64,000 nt of DNA from Escherichia phage LQ5, in the sequence record OR677401, one strand, 5' to 3'. The first letter of the stretch is position 1, and every line of letters begins with the position of its first letter. This document shows positions 18,101 to 27,166 of this stretch, piece after piece. Made by a program: the position numbers and the translations under genes. The notes under the pieces were generated by a model. That model was not told the origin of the DNA and made no database searches. It saw nothing but the letters and a program-made list of their open reading frames with translations.

Positions 18101-19218
18101 TTATCTCCTACGGCAGCCTTAATATTTACTGTCTGAGCTTTACGGAGATAGTTCAGAGCAATCTTAACGACATCACCCTGGGCCACACCGGTAGGTAATG
18201 TGATATTAATTGTCTGGGGTGTCGTGTTATTAGGACCAAAAACAATAACACTTTCGTTAGCCAAGAGTTCAACATCGTCACGAATTACACGTAAACGAGT
18301 TTGTCGGTCGCCGTCCCAAACATACCATAATTTTTCGGTAGAGTTATAAACAAAGAATCCATCACCTGAAGTACGGAATTCCATGCTATGCTGGCCAGGC
18401 TTACCTAATGAAGATGACGCATCAAATGTTTCAACGATTAAGTGGAATTTACTTCCTAAACCATCGATATCAACGGTTTTAATAATATCACCTTGGTTCG
18501 CATACTTAGGAAGAGTAAACTTAATTACTGCACCTGAAGTATAACGACGTAAAACGTTATCACCCGCTTGTGATTGGAACTGGGCGGTGTTCGGTTCTAC
18601 ACGAATACCACGTTCTTCATTAGCTGCTTCCCAGAAATGCCATAAACGGTTGGCAAAGATAATCATATTATAGGAAAAAGGCTTCGTAATTAAGGTCTCA
18701 GTGAACTGGTTACCGAAACGGACAATTTTCTGATTACCACCACCTGGAGCAGAACTAGACTGGAGCTTAATTTCATTATAACCTACACGGCCACCAATAT
18801 CCTTGATTACGATGGTATCACCATCAGTAGGGTTCGGAGGCAGGGTAAATGTAGTAAAGCTAGCAGCAGAATCCACAGCAATATATTCACCGGAAGCCAG
18901 CTGGCGTGTAGGAGATGCTACGGTAATCCATTTAGGGTCAGTACGAGTTGCAGTCCAATAACCCGGTACAAAGGTTCCTGCTGGAGCATCGATATCACGT
19001 TGAGCAACCCAGATACGTTGGTCATGGATTACGGCAAACCCTTTCTTATATCCGCGCGTCTCGTCGTACGCCTGGATGGTGTTCTCATCTATAAAGAATT
19101 CAACGTTGACGCCGTCGTCTAATACATTGTAATCGGCTTTGGCAACATTGATAACTTTCTCGCCTGCAGCATCGAGTCCGGATGTAGCACGGAAGGCAGG
19201 TTTTAAAATATCGGCCAT
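15169..19218 (-). CDS. 34: gp34 long tail fibre proximal subunit
   Basis: 1349 aa; ...AGEKVINVA.AD...DGVNV...ENT.Q.YD.TRGY... and C-terminal ...LRIGNVRI.PDPV.K.VKFEW.E match T4 gp34; internal repeats ETRRG.A.IAT. Confidence 0.92.
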   Translation of the reverse strand: MADILKPAFRATSGLDAAGEKVINVAKADYNVLDDGVNVEFFIDENTIQAYDETRGYKKGFAVIHDQRIWVAQRDIDAPAGTFVPGYWTATRTDPKWITVASPTRQLASGEYIAVDSAASFTTFTLPPNPTDGDTIVIKDIGGRVGYNEIKLQSSSAPGGGNQKIVRFGNQFTETLITKPFSYNMIIFANRLWHFWEAANEERGIRVEPNTAQFQSQAGDNVLRRYTSGAVIKFTLPKYANQGDIIKTVDIDGLGSKFHLIVETFDASSSLGKPGQHSMEFRTSGDGFFVYNSTEKLWYVWDGDRQTRLRVIRDDVELLANESVIVFGPNNTTPQTINITLPTGVAQGDVVKIALNYLRKAQTVNIKAAVGDKIASSVQLLQFPKRSEYPPETEWVLNDVLTFNGNISYTPVIELSYIEDTATGGKYWVVAQNVPTIERVDSKDDLTRARLGVIALASQTQANVDHENNPEKELAITPQTLANRVATESRRGIARIATTAQVNQDTTFAFQDDLIISPKKLNERTATETRRGVAEIATQVETNTGTDDTTIITPKKLQARQGSESLSGIVTYTSTVGTTPATARDTVGTNVYNKNVGNLVISPKALDQYKATQVQQGTVYLSNQSEVNAGQSASGFANSAVSPETLHARVALDTRTGLIEIATQQETDTGTDYTRAVTPKTLNDRKATEGLTGIARIATQVEFDAGTLDNVISTPLKIKTRFNDTARTSVSAASGLVESGTLWNHYTLDIREANETQRGTARLATQTEVNVGTDDKTIITPLKLHSKKSTESSEGIIRVATNTETTAGTSKVLAVSPSGLKYVVQTETTWEATALRRGFVKLTEGALTHSGNKVTGSGVKFNSGTGLYENDDTVLNAANYPKTGYAVSSYEMNKTLQNFLPINATAVNSEKLDGLDSLQFIRRDVDQTVNGSLTLTKQLNLAAPLVSSSTANITGNTILGSLEVTGNSTFKNDVSVSSGKSIKFVGPQSGAGTWNSQGDTLAPIFAEINSTPDAKFHPIVKQRLGQGTFSLGTVNDGTRDFKIHYLPSPGSLESFYWTFNTTGDFAVNSGSISISKNANITGITTSNGVSTTTLNASALSSLQNVTTSGTIVSTGQVSANNGLVAQKYVRSVGVKPTLASQAPTAETVGFWSVDINDSATFNLFPGYWTMKTKRQVNIDTVQTKPAGVSDEIWNASGWLTETGAFSSPAIRYRNEDGSFGDEVLGTSGQKLRGTWFDYSVRDKEVKYPGTLTQFGNTLDSCYQDWVCYPTGLNGGTIRYTRTWQKNKNAWTTFSMVYTADNPPSAEEVGALPADNATMGNITILDWLRIGNVRIIPDPVTKSVKFEWIE

Positions 19219-19250
19219 TTTATTTCCTTTTCGTTTTCAGGGTATAGAAC

Positions 19251-19258
19251 TATTTATA
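19251..19258 (-). promoter_or_regulatory. late promoter TATAAATA for gene 34
   Basis: tatttata on plus strand ~33 nt upstream of the gp34 start. Confidence 0.6.
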
Positions 19259-19265
19259 GCAAGAT

Positions 19266-19294
19266 GTTTACTTCCTTAAAACCCATGATATAAT
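19266..19294 (+). promoter_or_regulatory. T4-type early promoter upstream of rnh (divergent from late P34)
   Basis: gtttac, 17-nt spacer, TGATATAAT extended -10. Confidence 0.6.
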
Positions 19295-19325
19295 GGACCT
19301 CTCAACTACTTGAACAGAGGTTCAT

Positions 19326-20273
19326 ATGAACGATTTAGATTTTTTACTTCCTGAAGAAGACCAACAAAAAGATGGATTTTTACTCCTAGATTTCAGCCAA
19401 ATCATTATGGCTGCGGCTTTCCAAGAGTTTGGTGAGAATGCTGGATTTCCTAAAGTAACTACAGCAATGCTTCGACACCTCGTGTTGAATTCAATTAAGA
19501 AAAACATTAAAGACTTTAAAAAACAAGGTTACAGCCAACTGGTTATTTGTGTTGACAACTCTAAATCAGGTTATTGGCGTCGTCGCTATTCACCTTATTA
19601 TAAGAAAAACCGTGCTAAGGCTCGTGAAGAATCATTATTTGATTGGGAAGGCTTATTTACGGCAATGCATATTATTGTTGATGAGCTTGAACATAACATG
19701 CCTTATATTGTTATGAACATCGATACTGTCGAGGCCGATGACCATATTGCTGTTTTAACCCGAATCCTCACGGCTTTAGGCCATCCTGTTATGATCGGTT
19801 CTTCGGATGGTGACTTTACCCAGCTCCATAAATTCCCTGGGGTAAAACAATGGTCTCCAATGCAGAAAAAATTCGTCAAAACAAAATCTGGCGATTCATT
19901 GCTTGATTGCGTGACTAAGGTTGTTAAAGGCGACCGTAAAGATAACGTCGCGAGTATTAAAGTTCGTGGTGATTACTGGTTGACGATGGTTGAAGGCGAA
20001 CGTACTCCTAGCACTCGTGCCAAGGAACTTGAAGCAATTGCTCTGAATTATTACGACCATGATATAATTAAAACACTTCTTACTGAAGAACAATATGAAC
20101 GTTTCTGTGAAAACCAAATCTTAATTGATATGGACTTTATTCCAGATGATATTGTTGCTTTAATTACTGAAAGATATAATACGTATAACAAACCTTCGAA
20201 ATCTAAAGTCTATCCTTATTTCGTTAAATCTGGTTTGTCTAAACTAACCGCTACAGTAGCTGATTTTTATTAA
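19326..20273 (+). CDS. rnh: RNase H (5'-3' exonuclease / flap endonuclease)
   Basis: 315 aa (T4 RNase H is 305 aa); FEN-family acidic motifs; position between 34 and dsbA. Confidence 0.88.
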   Translation: MNDLDFLLPEEDQQKDGFLLLDFSQIIMAAAFQEFGENAGFPKVTTAMLRHLVLNSIKKNIKDFKKQGYSQLVICVDNSKSGYWRRRYSPYYKKNRAKAREESLFDWEGLFTAMHIIVDELEHNMPYIVMNIDTVEADDHIAVLTRILTALGHPVMIGSSDGDFTQLHKFPGVKQWSPMQKKFVKTKSGDSLLDCVTKVVKGDRKDNVASIKVRGDYWLTMVEGERTPSTRAKELEAIALNYYDHDIIKTLLTEEQYERFCENQILIDMDFIPDDIVALITERYNTYNKPSKSKVYPYFVKSGLSKLTATVADFY

Positions 20274-20283
20274 GGTGAATATA

Positions 20284-20553
20284 ATGGCTAAAGAAAAAGT
20301 GAAAGTTGAATTCAATCAAGAAGAACATGGTAACACATTGGCACAACTGATTAAGTCGGCTTCTGATACTAAATTAAAAATGGAAGCTTACGGTGACGAA
20401 ATTAAAGATATCAAAGACCGTGCTAAGACTGAACTTGGTGTAGACGGTAAAATGTTTAACCAACTGTTCTCTCTGTACCATAAAGGCACTCGTGAACGTT
20501 TCGAAGACGAAAAAACTGAAGTGGTAGAACTGTATGACACAATCTTTGAATGA
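20284..20553 (+). CDS. dsbA: DsbA double-stranded DNA-binding protein
   Basis: MAKEKVKVEF...DIKDRAK.ELGVDGKMFN.L..LYHK..RE.FE.E..EVVELYDT.F matches T4 DsbA (MAKKEMVEFDE...). Confidence 0.85.
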   Translation: MAKEKVKVEFNQEEHGNTLAQLIKSASDTKLKMEAYGDEIKDIKDRAKTELGVDGKMFNQLFSLYHKGTRERFEDEKTEVVELYDTIFE

Positions 20554-20836
20554 TTTTGATGGAGCGGTTAATACCGCTTCCGAACCTGTCCATGTGCTCG
20601 TAAACAAACAACAGAATGGCCTTGATATTGAGGCCTTTGTTGAAGCCGAAGGTTGCAGTTACCTCGAAGCGGCTACCGCATGGTTGGAAGAGAACAGCAT
20701 CCCTGAAGGTAACTTTGCTCGTTATTTGCCTGCAGGAATTATTGATAAAATTATGAACGAAGCCATTGATGATAACTTGCTTCGACCTTCAATGGCCCGA
20801 ACGCAAAAGACTAATACCCTGGATTTCTTGTTATGA
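20534..20836 (+). CDS. 33: gp33 late-transcription co-activator
   Basis: 100-aa ORF overlapping the dsbA end, at the position between dsbA and 59. Confidence 0.7.
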   Translation: MTQSLNDFDGAVNTASEPVHVLVNKQQNGLDIEAFVEAEGCSYLEAATAWLEENSIPEGNFARYLPAGIIDKIMNEAIDDNLLRPSMARTQKTNTLDFLL

Positions 20837-21519
20837 TTAAACACACCGTATATAAAGTAACCAATAAATTGAATGGTAAAATTTATATCGGTGTGCATAA
20901 AGAAACCAAACGCCATGACCATTATATGGGTTCAGGTAAGTTAATTAAGAAGGCTATATTAAAACATGGTATAGAGAATTTTGAAAAAGAAATTCTCTTT
21001 GTTATGGATTCCCAAGAGGAGGCCTTTGATAAAGAGCGAGAACTCGTTAACGAAGAATTTGTTTCAGACCCGAATACTTATAATTTGGTTGTTGGCGGTA
21101 AAGGTGGACTTGGTAAGAAAATATCTGAAGAACATAAACTTGCTATAAGTAAATCTAAATTGGGTATTCCACGACCTGATAGTGTTTGTAAAAAAGTTTC
21201 TATAACAAGAAGACTTAGAAATATACCTTCACCAAATAAAGGTATTAATCTTACCGATGCACATCGAAAAGCTCTAAGTAAATCCAGAGCAGGTAAGAAA
21301 GGACCTAAAATGCCTGATAGTACAAGAGCTGCTCTTCTTAAGGCAAATACAGGACCTAGGCCACAATCTTTTAAAGACTTATACAAAAAGAAATTGCTTA
21401 TCGATGGAATATGTTATGATTCATGTTCTGAAGTGGCTTCCAAATTCGGAATATCCAATAGTTTGGTTAGTTACAGATTAAAAAGCGATAAGTGGACTGG
21501 ATGGAAATATCATGATTAA
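20833..21519 (+). CDS. Seg-type GIY-YIG homing endonuclease with NUMOD3-like repeats
   Basis: N-terminus VYKVTNKLNGKIYIGV (GIY...YIG); downstream repeats ISEEHKLAISKSKLG / TDAHRKALSKSRAGKKG / STRAALLKANTG; AT-rich. Confidence 0.7.
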   Translation: MIKHTVYKVTNKLNGKIYIGVHKETKRHDHYMGSGKLIKKAILKHGIENFEKEILFVMDSQEEAFDKERELVNEEFVSDPNTYNLVVGGKGGLGKKISEEHKLAISKSKLGIPRPDSVCKKVSITRRLRNIPSPNKGINLTDAHRKALSKSRAGKKGPKMPDSTRAALLKANTGPRPQSFKDLYKKKLLIDGICYDSCSEVASKFGISNSLVSYRLKSDKWTGWKYHD

Positions 21520-22165
21520 GATTCGTATGCCACCAAACAATAATCGTATGGTGAATGGTAAGAGCGTGTATTCTTTATATTTGCAACTTAAGCATCACTT
21601 CAATGCCAAATACGACGTTATCAAATATAACTGGGTCATGCGAATCTCTGATACGGCTTATCAAAAACGTCGTGACAAATATTTCTTTGAGAAATTGAGT
21701 GATAAATACACTTTGAAAGAGCTTGCTCTTATCTTCATGAGTAACTTGGTGGCTAACCAAGACGCATGGATTGGCGACATCAGTGATGCTGACGCCTTAG
21801 TCTTTTACCGAGAATATATCGGTAGACTTAAAAGAATAAAACAAGTTTTTGAGGATGATATCAAAAACATTTATTATTTTAGTAAGAAAGTGGAAGTCCA
21901 AGCGCTTTCTGAAATTTTTGATTATAATAAAAAAGTTAACTCGAGCTATATTTTTAAGCTCCTTCAATCGAATGTTATTTCATTCGAAACGTTTATTTTG
22001 CTTGACAGTTTTCTCAATATAATTGATAAGCATGATGAACAGACCAACGATTTAGTATGGTCTAAGTATTCAACTAAATTAAATGCTTATAAGAAAATTC
22101 TTATAATAGATGCTGTAGAGGCAAGAAAATTATTCATTGAGACTATTAAGAGTTGTCAATTTTGA
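21512..22165 (+). CDS. 59: gp59 helicase-loading protein
   Basis: 217 aa, same length as T4 gp59; long near-identical blocks (GKSVY.LYL..K.H.N.KYDVIKYNW.MR.SD.AYQKRRDKYFF.KLS.KY.LKELALIF.SNLVANQDAWIGDISDADALVFYREYIGRLK). Confidence 0.93.
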   Translation: MIKIRMPPNNNRMVNGKSVYSLYLQLKHHFNAKYDVIKYNWVMRISDTAYQKRRDKYFFEKLSDKYTLKELALIFMSNLVANQDAWIGDISDADALVFYREYIGRLKRIKQVFEDDIKNIYYFSKKVEVQALSEIFDYNKKVNSSYIFKLLQSNVISFETFILLDSFLNIIDKHDEQTNDLVWSKYSTKLNAYKKILIIDAVEARKLFIETIKSCQF

Positions 22166-22782
22166 ATATAGTTTATTGGCTAGAATTTAGTCAACGTATC
22201 AAAGCCAAAACACCTCCCTATTATTATATCGGGTCTAAGCATGATTGCTTAATTAAAAATGGTGTTATAATTGATTCACGTAACAAAGAATATTGGTCTT
22301 CGTGTAAACAACCACGATTTATCTCTGCTTTGTCTGAGCGTCCTAAAGTTAAAGTTCTTCATGTATGCGAAGATGTTTTAACTGAAGAAGAATTTTACCA
22401 TAATCATTATGATGTGGTTAAATCACCCTTATTCTTTAATAAGGCAATGGCTAAAGGGACTTTCAAATCCTGTTTGAAAGGTAAATCCAAATCTGAAAGC
22501 CATAAACAAAAGATGAAAGAAAGTTCTCATCTTAAAGGTAAAGAGCCATGGGAACATCCTAATGCTATAGCAAAAGGTACCCATTTAGTGTGGAAAAATG
22601 CTAAAGTCTTTTATGACTGGTATATAGGCCCACATGAAACTACTAGATTAGGTCCGAAGATAATGTCTCGTGAAACCGGTTTAGCCTGTTCTATAATGAC
22701 AGGACATTCAATGATAAATAAATTTAAATCAGGATGGAATCCTCATCTCGATATTAAATTTAATGAATTTGCTTCAAACTGA
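22153..22782 (+). CDS. putative Seg-like homing endonuclease (degenerate GIY-YIG, NUMOD-like motif)
   Basis: N-terminus IVYWLEF...YYYIGS; basic GKSKSESHKQKMKESSHLKGK segment; sits in the 59-32 interval where T4 carries segG. Confidence 0.45.
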   Translation: MSILNIVYWLEFSQRIKAKTPPYYYIGSKHDCLIKNGVIIDSRNKEYWSSCKQPRFISALSERPKVKVLHVCEDVLTEEEFYHNHYDVVKSPLFFNKAMAKGTFKSCLKGKSKSESHKQKMKESSHLKGKEPWEHPNAIAKGTHLVWKNAKVFYDWYIGPHETTRLGPKIMSRETGLACSIMTGHSMINKFKSGWNPHLDIKFNEFASN

Positions 22783-22886
22783 GGGTGATATAATTACCCT
22801 CTGGAACAAACCTAGTTATCAAGGTAAATGTGGTAACACCAACTGTTAATAATTAATTAATTAATTAAATAAATAAGGTAAATAAT
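22783..22886 (+). promoter_or_regulatory. gene 32 5' leader: AU-rich (UUAA/UAAU)n tract with upstream GGG...CCC hairpin, candidate gp32 autogenous translational operator
   Basis: gggtgatataattaccc hairpin followed by ttaataattaattaattaattaaataaataagg before the gp32 ATG. Confidence 0.5.
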
Positions 22887-23792
22887 ATGTTTAAACGTAA
22901 AGACCCTTCCCAACTGGCTGCTCAACTGTCTGCAATGAAAGGTGGTTCTTCTTTCTCTTCCGATGATAAAGCTGAATGGAAATTGAAAGATGACAACGGT
23001 GTTGGTACTGCGGTAATTCGTTTCCTACCTTCGAAAAACGAAGAAAATCCATCCCCATTCATTAAGCTCGTTAACCACGGCTTCAAGAAAAACGGTCAAT
23101 GGTACATTGAAAACTGCACGTCTACTCACGGTGATTTCGATTCTTGTCCTGTATGTAAATACATGAACCAGAACGATACCTTTAATACTAATAACGCCGA
23201 ATACAAACTGATGAAACGTAAAACTTCCTTCTGGGCTAACATCCTTGTTATTAAGGATAGTGCAGTGCCTGCTAACGAAGGTAAAGTGTTTAAATTCCGT
23301 TTCGGTCAGAAAATTATGGATAAAATCAACCAGATGGTTGAAGTTGATACTGATATTGGTGAAGTGCCGGTTGACGTAACATGTCCGTTTGATGGTGCGA
23401 ACTTCGTACTGAAATCTAAGAAAGTTGGCGACTTCAAAAACTACGACGATTCCAAATTCATGGGTCAGTCTGAAATTCCTAACATCAATGATGAAGCTTA
23501 CCAAGCTAAATTGATGGAAGAAATGCACGACCTTTCTAAACTGCTCGATTTCAAATCATTCGAAACTAACGAAGCTAAGTTTAAGAAAGTTGTTGGTACA
23601 GCTGCTCTTGGTGGTGCTGCCGCTAAAGCTTCTGCAGCCGCTGATAAGATTGGTGATGACCTGGACGCATTCAGTGCAGACCTTGATGCATATGACTCCA
23701 AACCATCTACACCGACTCGTTCCACTACTCCTGAGCCGTCAGTAAGTCCTTCTGATGACGATGGTCTGGACGACCTGTTAGCGGGTCTATAA
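22887..23792 (+). CDS. 32: gp32 single-stranded DNA-binding protein
   Basis: 301 aa, same as T4 gp32; near-identical over most of its length (GFSS.DK.EWKLK.D..G...[10 protein letters not shown]....[29 protein letters not shown]...; C-terminal DDLLAGL). Confidence 0.96.
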   Translation: MFKRKDPSQLAAQLSAMKGGSSFSSDDKAEWKLKDDNGVGTAVIRFLPSKNEENPSPFIKLVNHGFKKNGQWYIENCTSTHGDFDSCPVCKYMNQNDTFNTNNAEYKLMKRKTSFWANILVIKDSAVPANEGKVFKFRFGQKIMDKINQMVEVDTDIGEVPVDVTCPFDGANFVLKSKKVGDFKNYDDSKFMGQSEIPNINDEAYQAKLMEEMHDLSKLLDFKSFETNEAKFKKVVGTAALGGAAAKASAAADKIGDDLDAFSADLDAYDSKPSTPTRSTTPEPSVSPSDDDGLDDLLAGL

Positions 23793-23808
23793 GTTATTGA
23801 TTTATAAT

Positions 23809-23833
23809 GGGAAGACTTCGGTCTTCCCTTTTT
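23809..23833 (+). terminator. rho-independent terminator after gene 32
   Basis: GGGAAGAC-UUCG-GUCUUCCC + U5. Confidence 0.75.
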
Positions 23834-23844
23834 GGCATTTAATG

Positions 23845-23873
23845 GTTTACAATGCCTTTAAACATGATACTAT
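23845..23873 (+). promoter_or_regulatory. T4-type early promoter (repeated promoter/leader cassette)
   Basis: gtttac, 17-nt spacer, TGATACTAT. Confidence 0.6.
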
Positions 23874-23902
23874 AGACCTATCAACTACATGAGGAAATAA
23901 AA

Positions 23903-24289
23903 ATGGAAATCGGTAAAAAATACGAACTTCGCCCTGAGCGTATCAAAGCTTTTATTAATATCACCCCTATCAATAATAACGATATGGTGGATATTATCCA
24001 AGACAATGGTGGTTGGTTCGAAGTAAAGGATACGATGACCTCGGATGGGGATAAATTTGTAACTAAAATCAAATGTGCGAATGGTAAGATTTTTAGTGCA
24101 GACGGGACACTAGAGGAATATTTTGAATTGCATGAAGATGAGTTCTATTGCTTCCGTGAATATGGTGAACAAGCTGATGAACCTGACACCCCTGTTACTA
24201 AGGCAGGTGTGACTCAAATCCATTGCATTGTCACCGAACAGAACGTCGACCAAATCATTGAACTTTTGCAAAAAACTTTTAAGGCCTAA
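23903..24289 (+). CDS. hypothetical protein (frd.x region; paralogue of 24902..25279)
   Basis: 128 aa; shares ...EYFEL.E.EF..F.E.......PD..T......V........I.L.K.TF... with the 125-aa ORF. Confidence 0.5.
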   Translation: MEIGKKYELRPERIKAFINITPINNNDMVDIIQDNGGWFEVKDTMTSDGDKFVTKIKCANGKIFSADGTLEEYFELHEDEFYCFREYGEQADEPDTPVTKAGVTQIHCIVTEQNVDQIIELLQKTFKA

Positions 24290-24290
24290 T

Positions 24291-24551
24291 ATGACTAAAG
24301 ATGATTTCCTGGATGCAGTAGAAAAAGCCAGTGAGAAATTTGAAGTGATGGGTGTACGAGTTCATAAAGACCGAAATTATGGGCTCGATATCCAAACGTA
24401 CTCGTTATGGCTTGTAGGTGAACATAGTATTGTAACCACTTTAGTTATGGGTGTTGATGCACAACCTTTACTGGTTAAATTCAGAAGTATGGAAAAAGCT
24501 ACCAAAGAAATGATTAAACTTGGTAAATGGCTTGATAAAATTCAAAAATAA
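24291..24551 (+). CDS. hypothetical protein
   Basis: Track ORF 24228..24551; ATG at 24291 overlaps upstream stop (TAATATG). Confidence 0.45.
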   Translation: MTKDDFLDAVEKASEKFEVMGVRVHKDRNYGLDIQTYSLWLVGEHSIVTTLVMGVDAQPLLVKFRSMEKATKEMIKLGKWLDKIQK

Positions 24552-24553
24552 AT

Positions 24554-24582
24554 GTTTACAACACCTTTAAACATGATACTAT
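24554..24582 (+). promoter_or_regulatory. T4-type early promoter (repeated cassette)
   Basis: gtttac, 17-nt spacer, TGATACTAT. Confidence 0.6.
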
Positions 24583-24614
24583 AGACCTATCAACTAATGA
24601 GTGAGGAAAATAAA

Positions 24615-24842
24615 ATGGCTAAGGTTAATATTGATATCGTTGATTTTGAATACACTTACGAAGTTATCCGTAATCGTTATCCTTCTTTGAGTATGACTTA
24701 CATTAAAGATACCCAATTCTTTAGTATTCAAATTGAAGTCCAAGGTCCTCTTGAAGACCTTACCCGCTTTATGCAAAATGAATATTGTGACGGTATGCAT
24801 GCTGAAGACGCTAAATTTTATATGGGCTTGATTCAAGCTTAG
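24615..24842 (+). CDS. hypothetical small protein
   Basis: Track ORF 24597..24842; ATG (MAKVNIDIV...) after GAGGAAAATAAA. Confidence 0.45.
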   Translation: MAKVNIDIVDFEYTYEVIRNRYPSLSMTYIKDTQFFSIQIEVQGPLEDLTRFMQNEYCDGMHAEDAKFYMGLIQA

Positions 24843-24901
24843 TATACAAACCAACGGGAACATGATAATATGTTCCCTCAACAAAAAATGAGGAAATTAA
24901 A

Positions 24902-25279
24902 ATGATGGAAACTGGTAAATTTTACGTATTGGACCCTGCTGCTAAAAAACAATTCGTCGCTGGTAGTCCTGATGATAATTATAATTCATGCATGGTCAAG
25001 TTGATGGAACAACACGGCAATTCCTTCAAAGTTCTGGATATGTGTTATATTGAAGGCAATTATTTTGTTGAAAAAGTTGAAATGAAAGATGGCACCATCC
25101 TGAATAGTATGGGTGGCGCTGATGAGTACTTTGAACTCGCTGAATGGGAATTCTGTCACTTCCTGGAAGTTGATGGCGATGCTCCTGATGTTGATACCCA
25201 AACCATTCATGTGCAAGTCAATCACAAAAATGCCGCTGAAGTCATTGCACTGATTAAAGCGACTTTTGATATTCGGTAA
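24902..25279 (+). CDS. hypothetical protein (paralogue of 23903..24289)
   Basis: 125 aa; see paralogue. Confidence 0.5.
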   Translation: MMETGKFYVLDPAAKKQFVAGSPDDNYNSCMVKLMEQHGNSFKVLDMCYIEGNYFVEKVEMKDGTILNSMGGADEYFELAEWEFCHFLEVDGDAPDVDTQTIHVQVNHKNAAEVIALIKATFDIR

Positions 25280-25285
25280 AAAGTA

Positions 25286-25315
25286 GTGTACAGCCAAATG
25301 GGGCTATGATATAAT
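25286..25315 (+). promoter_or_regulatory. early-type promoter with inverted repeat (TGGGGC/GCCCCA) bracketing the -10 TATAAT
   Basis: gtgtac -35-like, 18-nt spacer, TGATATAAT. Confidence 0.5.
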
Positions 25316-25355
25316 GGCCCCATACTGAGATAACAACTAAACACCGGAGAATAAA

Positions 25356-27038
<1,683 letters not shown>

Positions 27039-27095
27039 AAATTCAAATAATCTGTACTCTGTTTTTGGTTATTATGGTCGGACTGAATTTCATTC

Positions 27096-27103
27096 TATAA
27101 ATA
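27096..27103 (+). promoter_or_regulatory. possible late-type TATAAATA element upstream of nrdA
   Basis: exact tataaata 64 nt upstream of the nrdA start; function unverified. Confidence 0.25.
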
Positions 27104-27166
27104 TCAGTCCATGCTTAACAGGTTCTATGATAGAATAATTGTAGAACCTAACACATTGAGGAAATT

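Noticed and set aside
10284-19218. Numerous short plus-strand ORFs inside the minus-strand tail fibre genes 37 and 34 (e.g. 10284..10574, 11938..12183, 16349..16552, 17326..17719)
   Set aside because: Shadow ORFs of the long fibre genes; no start signals and no conservation expected.
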